From an uncultured Bacilli bacterium (GTDB taxonomy: Bacteria; Bacillota_I; Bacilli_A; RF39; UBA660), in contig CAKPRO010000010.1 in the NCBI GenBank assembly GCA_934182615.1, positions 2,494 to 66,493 of the forward strand: a stretch of 64,000 nucleotides of DNA, given 5' to 3'. A model generated the notes under the pieces. The model did no database searches, was not told where the DNA came from, and saw only the letters and a list, made by a program, of their open reading frames with translations. Made by a program: the position numbers and the translations under genes. This document shows positions 35,798 through 44,882 of the stretch, piece by piece; positions within the stretch are counted from its first letter, which is position 1, and every line of letters starts with the position of its first letter.

Positions 35798-36647
35798 GGG
35801 ACTTGAAGAATTATTTTCTAGTGAAGTATTAGATTTTGATACTTTTGAAAGTAATATTATGGATAGTACTCCTACTAACGAAGTAAAAGAAATACCTGTT
35901 AATGAAATCAGACCTAATCCATATCAGCCAAGAAAAACTTTTAACGAAGAGGCACTAAACGAACTTGCTGAATCTATTAAAAACTATGGAGTATTCCAAC
36001 CTATTATTGTTAAGAAAAGTATAAAGGGATATGACTTAATTGCGGGTGAAAGAAGACTTAGAGCTAGTAAACTTGCAGGTATGGAAATGATACCCGCTAT
36101 TGTGAAGGAGTTTTCTGATGAGGAAATGAGAGAAATCTCACTACTTGAGAATATTCAAAGAGAGAATCTTACCGCTATTGAACTTGCTTGGGCTTATAAG
36201 GGCATTATTGATAACTTAGATATTAGACAAGAAGACTTAGCTAGAAAAATTGGTAAAAGTAGAAGCCACATTACTAATACTTTAGGACTTTTAAATTTAC
36301 CGGAAGATATTCAAAAGAAAATTCTTGATGGAGAAATTTCTATGGGTCATGCTAGAGTGTTATCTAAAATGAATGATGCAGAAGAAGTTACTAATTTAGC
36401 TAATAAAGTTATTGAAAATAATATTAGTGTACATGAATTAGAAGAAATTAGTAAAAAAGAAGATATTAAGAAAAGAATTCCTATCACTAGAAGAAAAACA
36501 GATACTAACTATTTCCACATTGAAAATGAACTTAGAGATATTCTCGGAACTAAGGTTAAAGTTGATAATAAAAAAGTTAGTATTTATTTTGAGAATGTTA
36601 ATGATTTGAATAGAATTCTTGAAATTATGAATATTGAAATTAAATAG
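35769..36647 (+). CDS. spo0J: Chromosome partitioning protein ParB/Spo0J
   Basis: GLGKGLEELF, PNPYQPR, GERRLRAS and HTH RQEDLARKIGKSRSHITNTLGLL. The start is uncertain: ATG 35769 or TTG 35760, both after AGGAGG at 35751. Confidence 0.9.
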   Translation: MEQKKKALGKGLEELFSSEVLDFDTFESNIMDSTPTNEVKEIPVNEIRPNPYQPRKTFNEEALNELAESIKNYGVFQPIIVKKSIKGYDLIAGERRLRASKLAGMEMIPAIVKEFSDEEMREISLLENIQRENLTAIELAWAYKGIIDNLDIRQEDLARKIGKSRSHITNTLGLLNLPEDIQKKILDGEISMGHARVLSKMNDAEEVTNLANKVIENNISVHELEEISKKEDIKKRIPITRRKTDTNYFHIENELRDILGTKVKVDNKKVSIYFENVNDLNRILEIMNIEIK

Positions 36648-36677
36648 ACAGAAATTAATTTTTCTGTTTATTTTCTT
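36648..36677 (+). terminator. Rho-independent terminator of soj-spo0J
   Basis: Stem acagaaa/tttctgt followed by ttattttctt, directly after the spo0J stop. Confidence 0.6.
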
Positions 36678-36845
36678 AGTATACTTATAGTTAACTCAGG
36701 ACTGTTTACGTTCTTTTCTTTTTTATTTGCTATTTTTTCTGTATCCACCCCCTATATACATGATATGATGTTTTTGCTTGCAGTAAGAGTACATTTATAG
36801 GTTGATATCTCCTATAGATGAAAGCAGAAAAGTGAGGTGGCAAAG

Positions 36846-37058
36846 GTGCAAGGAAGAGTTAAGTGGTTTAATAACGACAAAGGTTATGGCTTTATTGATT
36901 ATCCAAATGGTGAAGATATTTTTGTTCACTATTCCGCTATTAAGCAAGATGGTTTTAAGTCATTAGCTGAAGGTCAAATAGTTGAATTTGATCTTATAGA
37001 AACTGCTAAAGGTTTACAGGCTATCAATGTAGTAGCGGCTACTAATGTTAGAGCTTAA
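36846..37058 (+). CDS. Cold-shock protein (CspA family)
   Basis: (M)[16 protein letters not shown] and DIFVHYSAI (RNP1/RNP2). GTG 36846, 5 nt after GAGGTGG, is preferred over the track's GTG 36837. Confidence 0.93.
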   Translation: MQGRVKWFNNDKGYGFIDYPNGEDIFVHYSAIKQDGFKSLAEGQIVEFDLIETAKGLQAINVVAATNVRA

Positions 37059-37127
37059 AAAGGGAAGTACAATTATATAAGACAGCTAGATGTACTTAAG
37101 GCTATCTTATTTTTTTATGGAGAAGTT

Positions 37128-37802
37128 ATGAAAAAAATTAAATACTTATTATTATCTTTAAAAGAGATATTTATTGTTTTATTTATTCAGTATTTTATTC
37201 TTATTCTCTCTATTATTTTATTTAATGGAGATAAGAATATTTATATTGGTAATATTTTACTTAGTATATTTAGTGTTATATATATTTTTAGTAAGAAAAA
37301 GGTAATTGATGTTTCTTTTAATATTAAGAATAATTATTTTATATATATTATGTTAGGTAGTTCTATATCAATTATTTATAATATGATTTTATATAGATTA
37401 AATTTATATACTTATAATGCTAATAATAATATACTTTTTCTAGATATTTTAACTTCTGGTATTATTAGTCCTATATTTGAAGAAGTTCTTTTTAGAGTAA
37501 GTTTTATTTCTAAGGTAGAGAGTTTTATTTGTAATAAAAAGAAAGTTGTTTTAGTAACTAGTATTATTTTTGCTATATTACATTTTAATATTTTATCTGG
37601 TTTTATTGCTTTTATTATTGGTATTATTAATGGATATATTTATATTAAGACAAGGGACATTATCAGAATATCTTTAGTTCATATTTCTCTTAATACTATA
37701 AGCTCGTTAATAACTGGTTATAATATAGTAATATTTATTTTAGGTATTATATTAATGATAGTAGCAGTACTGTGTTTAAGAAAAGAAAAGAGGTATTTGT
37801 AA
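37128..37802 (+). CDS. CPBP-family intramembrane glutamic endopeptidase (CAAX protease / Abi PF02517 type)
   Basis: Multi-TM protein with the EEVLFR motif and a downstream FAILH motif. Confidence 0.75.
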   Translation: MKKIKYLLLSLKEIFIVLFIQYFILILSIILFNGDKNIYIGNILLSIFSVIYIFSKKKVIDVSFNIKNNYFIYIMLGSSISIIYNMILYRLNLYTYNANNNILFLDILTSGIISPIFEEVLFRVSFISKVESFICNKKKVVLVTSIIFAILHFNILSGFIAFIIGIINGYIYIKTRDIIRISLVHISLNTISSLITGYNIVIFILGIILMIVAVLCLRKEKRYL

Positions 37803-37883
37803 AGGAGTATTTTTGACTTCTTTTTTTCTTTACTTTTATATTAATTTATTATACAATATAGGTGGAGAGGACGGGGGATACTT

Positions 37884-39170
37884 ATGAAAAAATATAATCT
37901 TTTACCTGCTGATTCTTATGTTGTTATTAATAAGACTATTTTGCATGATGAAGATAGAAAAATTATTACTAGTTTGTATCTACCTGTTATTGGTATGGAT
38001 GCGGTCATGCTATACTTTATGCTATGGAGTGACTTAGATAGTTCTTCAATTGTCAGTTCAGATTTTACACATCAAAAGATTGTTTCTAATCTTAGAATGA
38101 CTATTAATGAAGTAGAAGATGCTAGAAGTAAATTAGAGGCTATTGGTCTTATTAAGACTTTAGTTAAAGAAGGTAATGTTAATAATTATATTTATGAATT
38201 ATATAGTCCGGCTTCTGCTACTGAATTTTTATCACATCCTATACTTAATATTGTTTTATATAGTAATATTGGTAAAAAAGAGTATGATAATTTGATTAAA
38301 ACTTTTAAGATGCCTAGATTTAATACTAGTGGATATACTGATATTACTAAGAATTTTAATGATGTATTTGAAAGTACGTGTATGACTTCATATGATTTAT
38401 CATTAGAGGATATTAGAAAATATAATAAACTTAAACTTAATATTAATAGTAATTTTGATTTTAATTTTCTTATAAATGCTATGCCTAAGAATATTGATAC
38501 TAGTAGAATATTTACTAAGGAAATTAAAGAACTTATTATTAGTTTATCTTTTATTTATGATATTGATGCTATTAAAATGACTAATATTGTTAAGGGAAGT
38601 CTTAATGAGAGAGGGACTATTAATAAGGAAACACTTAGAAAGACGGCGAGAAACTTCTACCAATTTGATAATGGTGGTAATCTTCCTACAATTGTATCTA
38701 ATTGTCAACCTGAGTATTTGAGAAAACCAATAGGAGATACTTCAAAGAGGGCTAAAATGATATATACTTTTGAAACTATTTCTCCTAGAGAACTTCTTAT
38801 TAGTAAGAATAAAGGTAATGAACCTACTAAAAGAGATTTAAGATTAGTTGAAGATTTACTTCTTGATTATAATTTAAAACCTGGTGTTGTTAATGTTTTA
38901 ATTGATTATATTCTTAATATTAATGATAAGAAACTTACAAGAGGATTAGTAGAAACAATGGCGGGTGAATGGCAAAGAAAAGGTATTGAAACAGTTGAAG
39001 ATGCTATGAGTCTTTGTGAAAAAGAACATAAGAAAAGAACTAAAAAAACTATTGAAGAGAAGAGAATTATTACTAAAACACCTGATTGGTTTGATAAAGA
39101 AATTGAAAAAGATAAAATTAATGATGGGGAAGATAATCAATTAGAAGAACTTTTAAAGGAGTATAAATGA
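37884..39170 (+). CDS. dnaB: Replication initiation and membrane attachment protein (B. subtilis DnaB-like, DnaD-domain family)
   Basis: N-terminal winged-helix-like region (LYLPVIGMDAVMLYFML) and a C-terminal DnaB_2/DnaD-type domain (IDYILNINDKKLTRGLVETMAGEWQRKGIETVEDA). Followed by dnaI with an overlapping stop/start. Confidence 0.75.
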   Translation: MKKYNLLPADSYVVINKTILHDEDRKIITSLYLPVIGMDAVMLYFMLWSDLDSSSIVSSDFTHQKIVSNLRMTINEVEDARSKLEAIGLIKTLVKEGNVNNYIYELYSPASATEFLSHPILNIVLYSNIGKKEYDNLIKTFKMPRFNTSGYTDITKNFNDVFESTCMTSYDLSLEDIRKYNKLKLNINSNFDFNFLINAMPKNIDTSRIFTKEIKELIISLSFIYDIDAIKMTNIVKGSLNERGTINKETLRKTARNFYQFDNGGNLPTIVSNCQPEYLRKPIGDTSKRAKMIYTFETISPRELLISKNKGNEPTKRDLRLVEDLLLDYNLKPGVVNVLIDYILNINDKKLTRGLVETMAGEWQRKGIETVEDAMSLCEKEHKKRTKKTIEEKRIITKTPDWFDKEIEKDKINDGEDNQLEELLKEYK

Positions 39171-40078
39171 TGAAGGATACTAAGAATATTATTAATAAAT
39201 ATAGTTTTGATAGATATGAGTTAGAGAGAAATTTTGATGTTGAAATGGAAGATGAAACCTTTAAAAAGTTAGTTAGTAAACTTAAGTTATCTAAAGATGA
39301 ACTTATTAAATATACTTCTAGAATTAAGGATGCTTCTTTAGAACTTAAAAATTGTGCTAATTGTAAAAATATTATGGAATGTAAGAACAGTATATGTGGA
39401 TATGTTTATTATCCTAGTGTACTTCAAGATAATTTAGTTTTTTCTTATGTTCCCTGCAAATACAAAAGGAAATTGGATAATGATACTAAATATCAAGATA
39501 ATATTATTTCTTTTGATATGCCTAAGGAAATAGTTAATGCTTCAATGAAAAATATATATACTGACGATAAGAATAGATTAGAGACGATTAAATGGCTTAC
39601 TATTTTTATTAAAAAAATAGAAAATAATGAAAAAAGTAAGGGTTTATTCTTGACAGGTAACTTTGGATGTGGTAAAACATATGTAGTAGCTGCAGCCTTC
39701 AACGAACTTGCTAAAAAAGGTAAAAAAGTAGCTTGTCTATATTATCCAGAATTTTTAAGAAGTCTTAAAGAAAGATTTTCTGATGATTATAGAGAAGTAT
39801 TTGATAAGGTTAAGAAGTGTGATCTTTTATTAATTGACGATATTGGAGCAGAGACTGTTACTAGCTGGAATAGAGACGAAGTACTTGGTACTATCTTACA
39901 ATATCGTATGCAAGAATCATTACCAACATTTTTTACTTCTAATTTATCTTTAAAAGAATTAGAAGTACATCTTGCCGGTAATGATAGTGAAGGTAAAATT
40001 AAAGCAAGACGAATTATTGAAAGAATTAAATATTTGACAGATAATATTACAATGATTGCAGAAAATAGAAGAAAGTGA
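39167..40078 (+). CDS. dnaI: Primosomal helicase loader DnaI
   Basis: N-terminal Cys cluster (CANCKN...C), Walker A GNFGCGKTY and Walker B LLIDDIGAE. Confidence 0.85.
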   Translation: MMKDTKNIINKYSFDRYELERNFDVEMEDETFKKLVSKLKLSKDELIKYTSRIKDASLELKNCANCKNIMECKNSICGYVYYPSVLQDNLVFSYVPCKYKRKLDNDTKYQDNIISFDMPKEIVNASMKNIYTDDKNRLETIKWLTIFIKKIENNEKSKGLFLTGNFGCGKTYVVAAAFNELAKKGKKVACLYYPEFLRSLKERFSDDYREVFDKVKKCDLLLIDDIGAETVTSWNRDEVLGTILQYRMQESLPTFFTSNLSLKELEVHLAGNDSEGKIKARRIIERIKYLTDNITMIAENRRK

Positions 40079-40086
40079 GGATAAAA

Positions 40087-40383
40087 ATGGAAAATAATAA
40101 TAATGCATTTAAGTTTGATCCTAATAAATTAGAGAAGTCTTTTACTGATAAAAATGGTACTTCAAAAATTGAAATGGAAAGTGATGGAGCATATCTTAAT
40201 ATGCCAGAGAGTGTTACTCTTGCTAATAGACCTAAAACAAAAATTCTTACCAAAGAGATAAAGACTCCTAAAGGGGGGGCTAACATTGGTATTGGTAGTA
40301 ATGGATTTGCTGGTGTTATAACTCTTGCAGGTATTATTGCAATAGCAGGAGTAATTATTGCTTATTTAACACTTAGATATTAA
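40087..40383 (+). CDS. Tail-anchored small protein, function unknown
   Basis: 98 aa with a hydrophilic N-terminal part and a C-terminal TM (GFAGVITLAGIIAIAGVIIAYL). ATG 40087 follows GTGAGG, wedged between dnaI and dnaE. Confidence 0.45.
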   Translation: MENNNNAFKFDPNKLEKSFTDKNGTSKIEMESDGAYLNMPESVTLANRPKTKILTKEIKTPKGGANIGIGSNGFAGVITLAGIIAIAGVIIAYLTLRY

Positions 40384-40411
40384 TTAACTTATGTATAAAG
40401 GAGGAGTAGTT

Positions 40412-43330
40412 ATGCTTTGTGCTTTAGAAGTTAAAACTTGTTATTCTATTTTGAGTAGTTTAAATAGAATTGATATTTTGACTAAAAGGGCTAGGGAGAT
40501 GGGCTACTCCTCTTTAGCTATTACAGATTTGAATAATATGTTTGGAGTATATGAATTCTATTTAGCTTGTCTTAATAATGATATTAAACCTATTATTGGT
40601 ATGGAAGTTAAAACTAATCAAGATAATTTTATTTTGATTGCTAAAAATAATAATGGTTATAGAAATCTTATTAAAATAGCTACGATTATATCTGATAGAG
40701 AAATTACTTTTGATGATTTGAAGATATATTCTAAAGATATTATTTTAATTATGCCTTATAGTTCTTATAATGAAAAGATTACTAATATTTTTAATGAATA
40801 TTATATAGGATATACTTCAGTAGAAGGAAGAGATAAAGTTAAAGATAAGGGAGTACTTATTACAGATATTTCTTATATTGAAAAGAATGATTATAAATAC
40901 TTAGATTATTTAATGATGATTAAAGAGGATAAGAAATTAGGAGAGATGGAACTTAATACTTATGTTGGGAAACATTTACTTGATAAAGAGGAATTTAATA
41001 ATCTTACTAATGATAGTGTTAGAAGTAATATGAAATATATTTGTGATGAATGTAATGTTACTTTTGAGAAAAGAGAAGGATTATTACCTATATATGATAA
41101 AAATGTTAATTCTTTTGAATATTTGAATAGTTTATGTAATAAAGGTCTTAATAAAAGGCTAGCGGGTAATATTACTAAAGAGTATCAAGATAGACTTAAT
41201 TATGAACTTGATGTTATTAATAAGATGGGCTTCTGTGACTACTTCTTAGTAGTATGGGATTATGTTAAATATGCCAAGTTTAATAATATATTAGTAGGTC
41301 CTGGTAGAGGTAGTGCAGCGGGTAGTTTAGTTAGTTATTGTCTTGGTATTACAGACGTTGATCCTATTAAATATGATTTGTTATTTGAAAGATTTTTAAA
41401 TCCTGAAAGAGTAACTATGCCTGATATTGATATTGACTTTGATAGTGAAAAAAGAGGATTAGTAACAGATTATGTTATGAATAAATATGGTGAGAAAAGA
41501 GCGATTGGTATTATTACTTTTAATACATTAGGGGCTAAACAAGTTATAAGAGATATAGGCAGAGTACTTAATATTTCACTTCCTATTATTGACGAGATTG
41601 CTAAGGCTATTACTACTAAAGATCTTAAAGATAGTTATGTTGTAGGTAGTAAGTTTCATAGACTTATTAATTCTAATCCTGATTATATAAAATTATATAA
41701 TGCTTCAGTTAAATTAGAAGGACTTCCTAGACATATATCAGTTCATGCTGCTGGTGTTGTTATGAGTAATATAGATATTGATGAAGTTATTCCTCTATAT
41801 AAGAATCCTTTAGGTATGTATGTATCAGCCTTCTCGAAGGATTATTTGGAGCCATTAGGACTATTAAAAATGGACTTTTTAGGTCTTGATAATTTAACTT
41901 TAATTAGTAATGTTATTGAAGAAATTAGAAAAAATGAAGGTATTAATATTAGTTTTGAAAAGATTCCTCTTGATGATAATAAAACACTAAGAGTATTTAG
42001 AGATGTTGATACTGATGGTATATTTCAATTTGAATCGGTTGGTATGAAGAGATTTTTATCTAAACTTAAAGTTAATTCATTTGATGATATTGCTACTGCT
42101 TTAGCCTTATATAGACCAGGGCCTATGGATAATATTGATTTATTTATTGCTAGAAGAGAAGGTAGAGAGAAAGTAGATTATATTCATCCTGACTTAGAAG
42201 ATATTCTTAAGCCTACTTATGGTATTATTATTTATCAGGAGCAAATTATGCAAATAGTTAGAAAGATGGCTAGTTATTCTTATGGTGAGGCTGATATTTT
42301 AAGAAGAGCAATGTCAAAGAAAAAAGAAAGTATCATTTTAGCAGAAAAACCTAAATTTATTAAGGGTTGTTTAGATAATGGATATGATGAGGGGACCGCT
42401 ACTGAAGTATATAATTTGATTTTAAAGTTTGCTAATTATGGTTTTAATAAATCACACTCTGTTTCTTATGCTATTACTGCTTATAAGATGGCTTTTATTA
42501 AAACATATTTTCTTAAGTACTTTATCGCAGGTATCTTAACTAATTCTATTGGTAATACTGGTAAAATTAATATCTATGTTAATAGAGCAAGAAAATCTTT
42601 AATTAAGATTCTTCCTCCAGATATTAATGAAAGTAGTAATAAATTTTATGCTGGTAAAGATGGTATTAGATGCCCTTTATCTATTATTAATGGTGTTGGT
42701 ACTTCTATTTCTAACGATATTATTAATGAAAGAGAAAATGGTAAGTTTACTGATCCTATTGATTTTATTGTAAGAATGTCTAATAAGAGTATTAATAAAA
42801 AGACTATTTCTAGTCTTATATATGCAGGAGCTATTAATTTTGGATATAATAAAAATACACTTATACAGAACTTAGATACTATTTTAAATTATGCAGATAT
42901 TGCTAAAGATGCTGGAATGATTGAAACTTTAAAACCAGAGATTATTTTATATGATGAGTATGATAAGAATGAACTTATTTCTTTAGAACTTAAAACTATA
43001 GGTTTTTATCTTACTGAACATCCCGCTAGTAAATATAGAGATGAGAAAATGGTAGTTAATTCTTCAAATGTTGATAAGTTCTTTGATACTAGAGTTTCTA
43101 TGATATTAATGATTAGTAGACTTAAGGAGACTACTACTAAGAACAATGATGTTATGGCTTTTATCGTAGGTAGTGATGAATTTGGAGAAGTTGATCTTAC
43201 TTGCTTTCCAGATGTTTATAAGAAATTTAATAATATTAAAGTTGGTAATATTATTAAGATATTTGGTAGAGTAGAAAAAAGATATGATAAATATCAAGTT
43301 ATTATAAATAATATTAGTGTATTGGAGTGA
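40412..43330 (+). CDS. dnaE: DNA polymerase III alpha subunit DnaE
   Basis: PHP, palm/fingers (PDIDIDF, GLLKMDFLGL), HhH and OB regions. The start was moved to ATG 40412, after AAGGAGG. Confidence 0.95.
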   Translation: MLCALEVKTCYSILSSLNRIDILTKRAREMGYSSLAITDLNNMFGVYEFYLACLNNDIKPIIGMEVKTNQDNFILIAKNNNGYRNLIKIATIISDREITFDDLKIYSKDIILIMPYSSYNEKITNIFNEYYIGYTSVEGRDKVKDKGVLITDISYIEKNDYKYLDYLMMIKEDKKLGEMELNTYVGKHLLDKEEFNNLTNDSVRSNMKYICDECNVTFEKREGLLPIYDKNVNSFEYLNSLCNKGLNKRLAGNITKEYQDRLNYELDVINKMGFCDYFLVVWDYVKYAKFNNILVGPGRGSAAGSLVSYCLGITDVDPIKYDLLFERFLNPERVTMPDIDIDFDSEKRGLVTDYVMNKYGEKRAIGIITFNTLGAKQVIRDIGRVLNISLPIIDEIAKAITTKDLKDSYVVGSKFHRLINSNPDYIKLYNASVKLEGLPRHISVHAAGVVMSNIDIDEVIPLYKNPLGMYVSAFSKDYLEPLGLLKMDFLGLDNLTLISNVIEEIRKNEGINISFEKIPLDDNKTLRVFRDVDTDGIFQFESVGMKRFLSKLKVNSFDDIATALALYRPGPMDNIDLFIARREGREKVDYIHPDLEDILKPTYGIIIYQEQIMQIVRKMASYSYGEADILRRAMSKKKESIILAEKPKFIKGCLDNGYDEGTATEVYNLILKFANYGFNKSHSVSYAITAYKMAFIKTYFLKYFIAGILTNSIGNTGKINIYVNRARKSLIKILPPDINESSNKFYAGKDGIRCPLSIINGVGTSISNDIINERENGKFTDPIDFIVRMSNKSINKKTISSLIYAGAINFGYNKNTLIQNLDTILNYADIAKDAGMIETLKPEIILYDEYDKNELISLELKTIGFYLTEHPASKYRDEKMVVNSSNVDKFFDTRVSMILMISRLKETTTKNNDVMAFIVGSDEFGEVDLTCFPDVYKKFNNIKVGNIIKIFGRVEKRYDKYQVIINNISVLE

Positions 43331-43334
43331 TATT

Positions 43335-43886
43335 ATGAAAAAAGGTAAATTTGTTATTATTTCTGGTCCTTCGGGAGTAGGAAAAGATACTATTTGTGAT
43401 CAGTTAGTTAAAAAAGGAGTTGGTAGATATTCTGTATCTATGACTACTAGAAAGAAAAGACCTAATGAAACAGAAGGTATTAGTTATTTCTTTGTAAGTA
43501 AAGAAGAATTTGAAAGACATATTGAAGAGAATTATTTTCTAGAATATGCTATGTATAATGGTAATTATTATGGTACTCCTAATGAATTTATTAGAGAGGC
43601 TACGAATAATGGTGATAATGTTCTTGCGGTACTAGAAATTAAAGGGGCTATTAATGCTAAGAGGATTTTTAGTAATGCTATTACTATATTTATTATGCCT
43701 CCTTCTTTTGACGAATTGGAAAGAAGACTTAGAGGTAGAAAATCTGAAGAGGATAATATTATTAGTGAGAGGCTTAATATTGCTAAAGAAGAAATTAAAT
43801 ATAAAGATAAATATGATTACGTAGTTATCAACAATACTGTTGATGAAGCTGTTTTAGAAATTGAAAATATTATTAATAATTGTTAG
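43335..43886 (+). CDS. gmk: Guanylate kinase
   Basis: P-loop SGPSGVGK and SMTTRKKRPNETEGISYFF. The start was moved to ATG 43335, after GGAGTGA. Confidence 0.95.
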   Translation: MKKGKFVIISGPSGVGKDTICDQLVKKGVGRYSVSMTTRKKRPNETEGISYFFVSKEEFERHIEENYFLEYAMYNGNYYGTPNEFIREATNNGDNVLAVLEIKGAINAKRIFSNAITIFIMPPSFDELERRLRGRKSEEDNIISERLNIAKEEIKYKDKYDYVVINNTVDEAVLEIENIINNC

Positions 43887-43887
43887 T

Positions 43888-43910
43888 TTATCAACAGATG
43901 TTGTGGATAG
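43888..43910 (+). repeat. DnaA-box-like imperfect palindrome after gmk
   Basis: TTATCAACA (43888-43896) and TGTGGATAG (43902-43910). Each is one mismatch from TTATCCACA or its complement. Confidence 0.5.
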
Positions 43911-43920
43911 ACTATTCATG

Positions 43921-43972
43921 CGCCCTAAGCCTAGGGTCTTAGAGCATTATTTTTAGCTTGTAATCTAAAAAT
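43921..43972 (-). repeat. Hairpin-repeat family copy 7 (inverted orientation)
   Basis: ctaagCCTAGGGTCttag (43925-43942) is the reverse complement of the AAGACcctaGGCTT-type loop. ttttagcttgtaatctaaaa (43951-43970) matches the reverse complement of the copy-1 hairpin at 270-293. Confidence 0.5.
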
Positions 43973-44010
43973 AAAAATATTTGTGTTATAATATATTAGA
44001 GGTGGGTTAT

Positions 44011-44730
44011 ATGAATAAGAAAGATAACAATAAATTAAATTTATTCTTAGGTAATGGTTGTATTACTGATAATGAAGAGGTAATTAGTGTTTACTCTTTA
44101 TATAAATTATTAAATGAATATTTTGAAGATTTTAGAATATTAAGATATGGTAATGATAAAATGATTGATAGTATGAATAATGAATATACTTTTGTAGATA
44201 GAATTAAAAATAGTATGATAAATCCTTGGTTTAGAAAAATTTTTGTTTCAGAATTTAATGATAATTTTATTAAGATAATTATTATAGTTAATCCAATATA
44301 TAGAAGAAAAGATTTTCCTACTAATAACATTTATTATTATATAGTAAAAGATAGGAATAGTGGTAACATTTACTTTGAGAATAATGTATTAAAAAACAGA
44401 GTATTGGATAAATTTTATCAAGAAATTATAAATATATTTTCTCTAGCAGAAATTTATGCTGACATTTTTATGCTTGATAAAAGAGATTTCCCTGTATACC
44501 ATCAAGTATTTGACTTAGATAATGTTACTGCTAGTGTTGATTATAATAGCTTTGGTAATGTCACTTCTTACATTACATATGATGGTAAAATATGTAGTAA
44601 CGAAGAAATTAAAGATATTAAAAATGATATCTTAAAAAGAATTCCTGTTTATACAGATAATCTTGATGCTATAAGTAGTTATATTGTTAATGAACAAAGA
44701 AAAGTTAAAATTAGAAAAAAAGAATATTAA
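44011..44730 (+). CDS. Hypothetical protein (239 aa), no recognisable motif
   Basis: ATG 44011 follows AGAGGTGGG. Long ORF with normal composition, bracketed by hairpin-repeat copies in opposite orientation. Confidence 0.6.
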   Translation: MNKKDNNKLNLFLGNGCITDNEEVISVYSLYKLLNEYFEDFRILRYGNDKMIDSMNNEYTFVDRIKNSMINPWFRKIFVSEFNDNFIKIIIIVNPIYRRKDFPTNNIYYYIVKDRNSGNIYFENNVLKNRVLDKFYQEIINIFSLAEIYADIFMLDKRDFPVYHQVFDLDNVTASVDYNSFGNVTSYITYDGKICSNEEIKDIKNDILKRIPVYTDNLDAISSYIVNEQRKVKIRKKEY

Positions 44731-44808
44731 AGTAGAGACAATGTGGCTCTACTTTCTTTCTGAAGACTTATGGCTTCAGAAACAACGAACAACGAAGTGT
44801 GAGATGCC
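44730..44808 (+). repeat. Hairpin-repeat family copy 4
   Basis: aagtagAGACaatgtGGCTctactt (44730-44754) and tctgAAGACttatGGCTTcaga (44759-44780), then tail gaacaacgaagtgtga (44787-44802). Confidence 0.6.
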
Positions 44809-44882
44809 TAAATAAATTAGATATTTTACTTGAAAATTATGTGATTTTATTATATACTTATATTAACCAAAGGAGGTATTTT

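Noticed and set aside
36678-36836. Structured leader upstream of the cold-shock gene
   Set aside because: Long csp 5' UTRs are expected. I could not define a promoter or a conserved cold-box with confidence, so it is left unannotated.
44799-44882. GTG-initiated N-terminal extension of the HD-domain ORF
   Set aside because: The extension begins inside the conserved tail of a hairpin-repeat copy and has no RBS. ATG 44883 follows AAAGGAGG. Similar upstream extensions were trimmed for the htrA, holin, spoIIR, rpmE, mnmG, soj, csp, dnaE, gmk, agrB, DUF421, HdeD-like and LRR-like genes.
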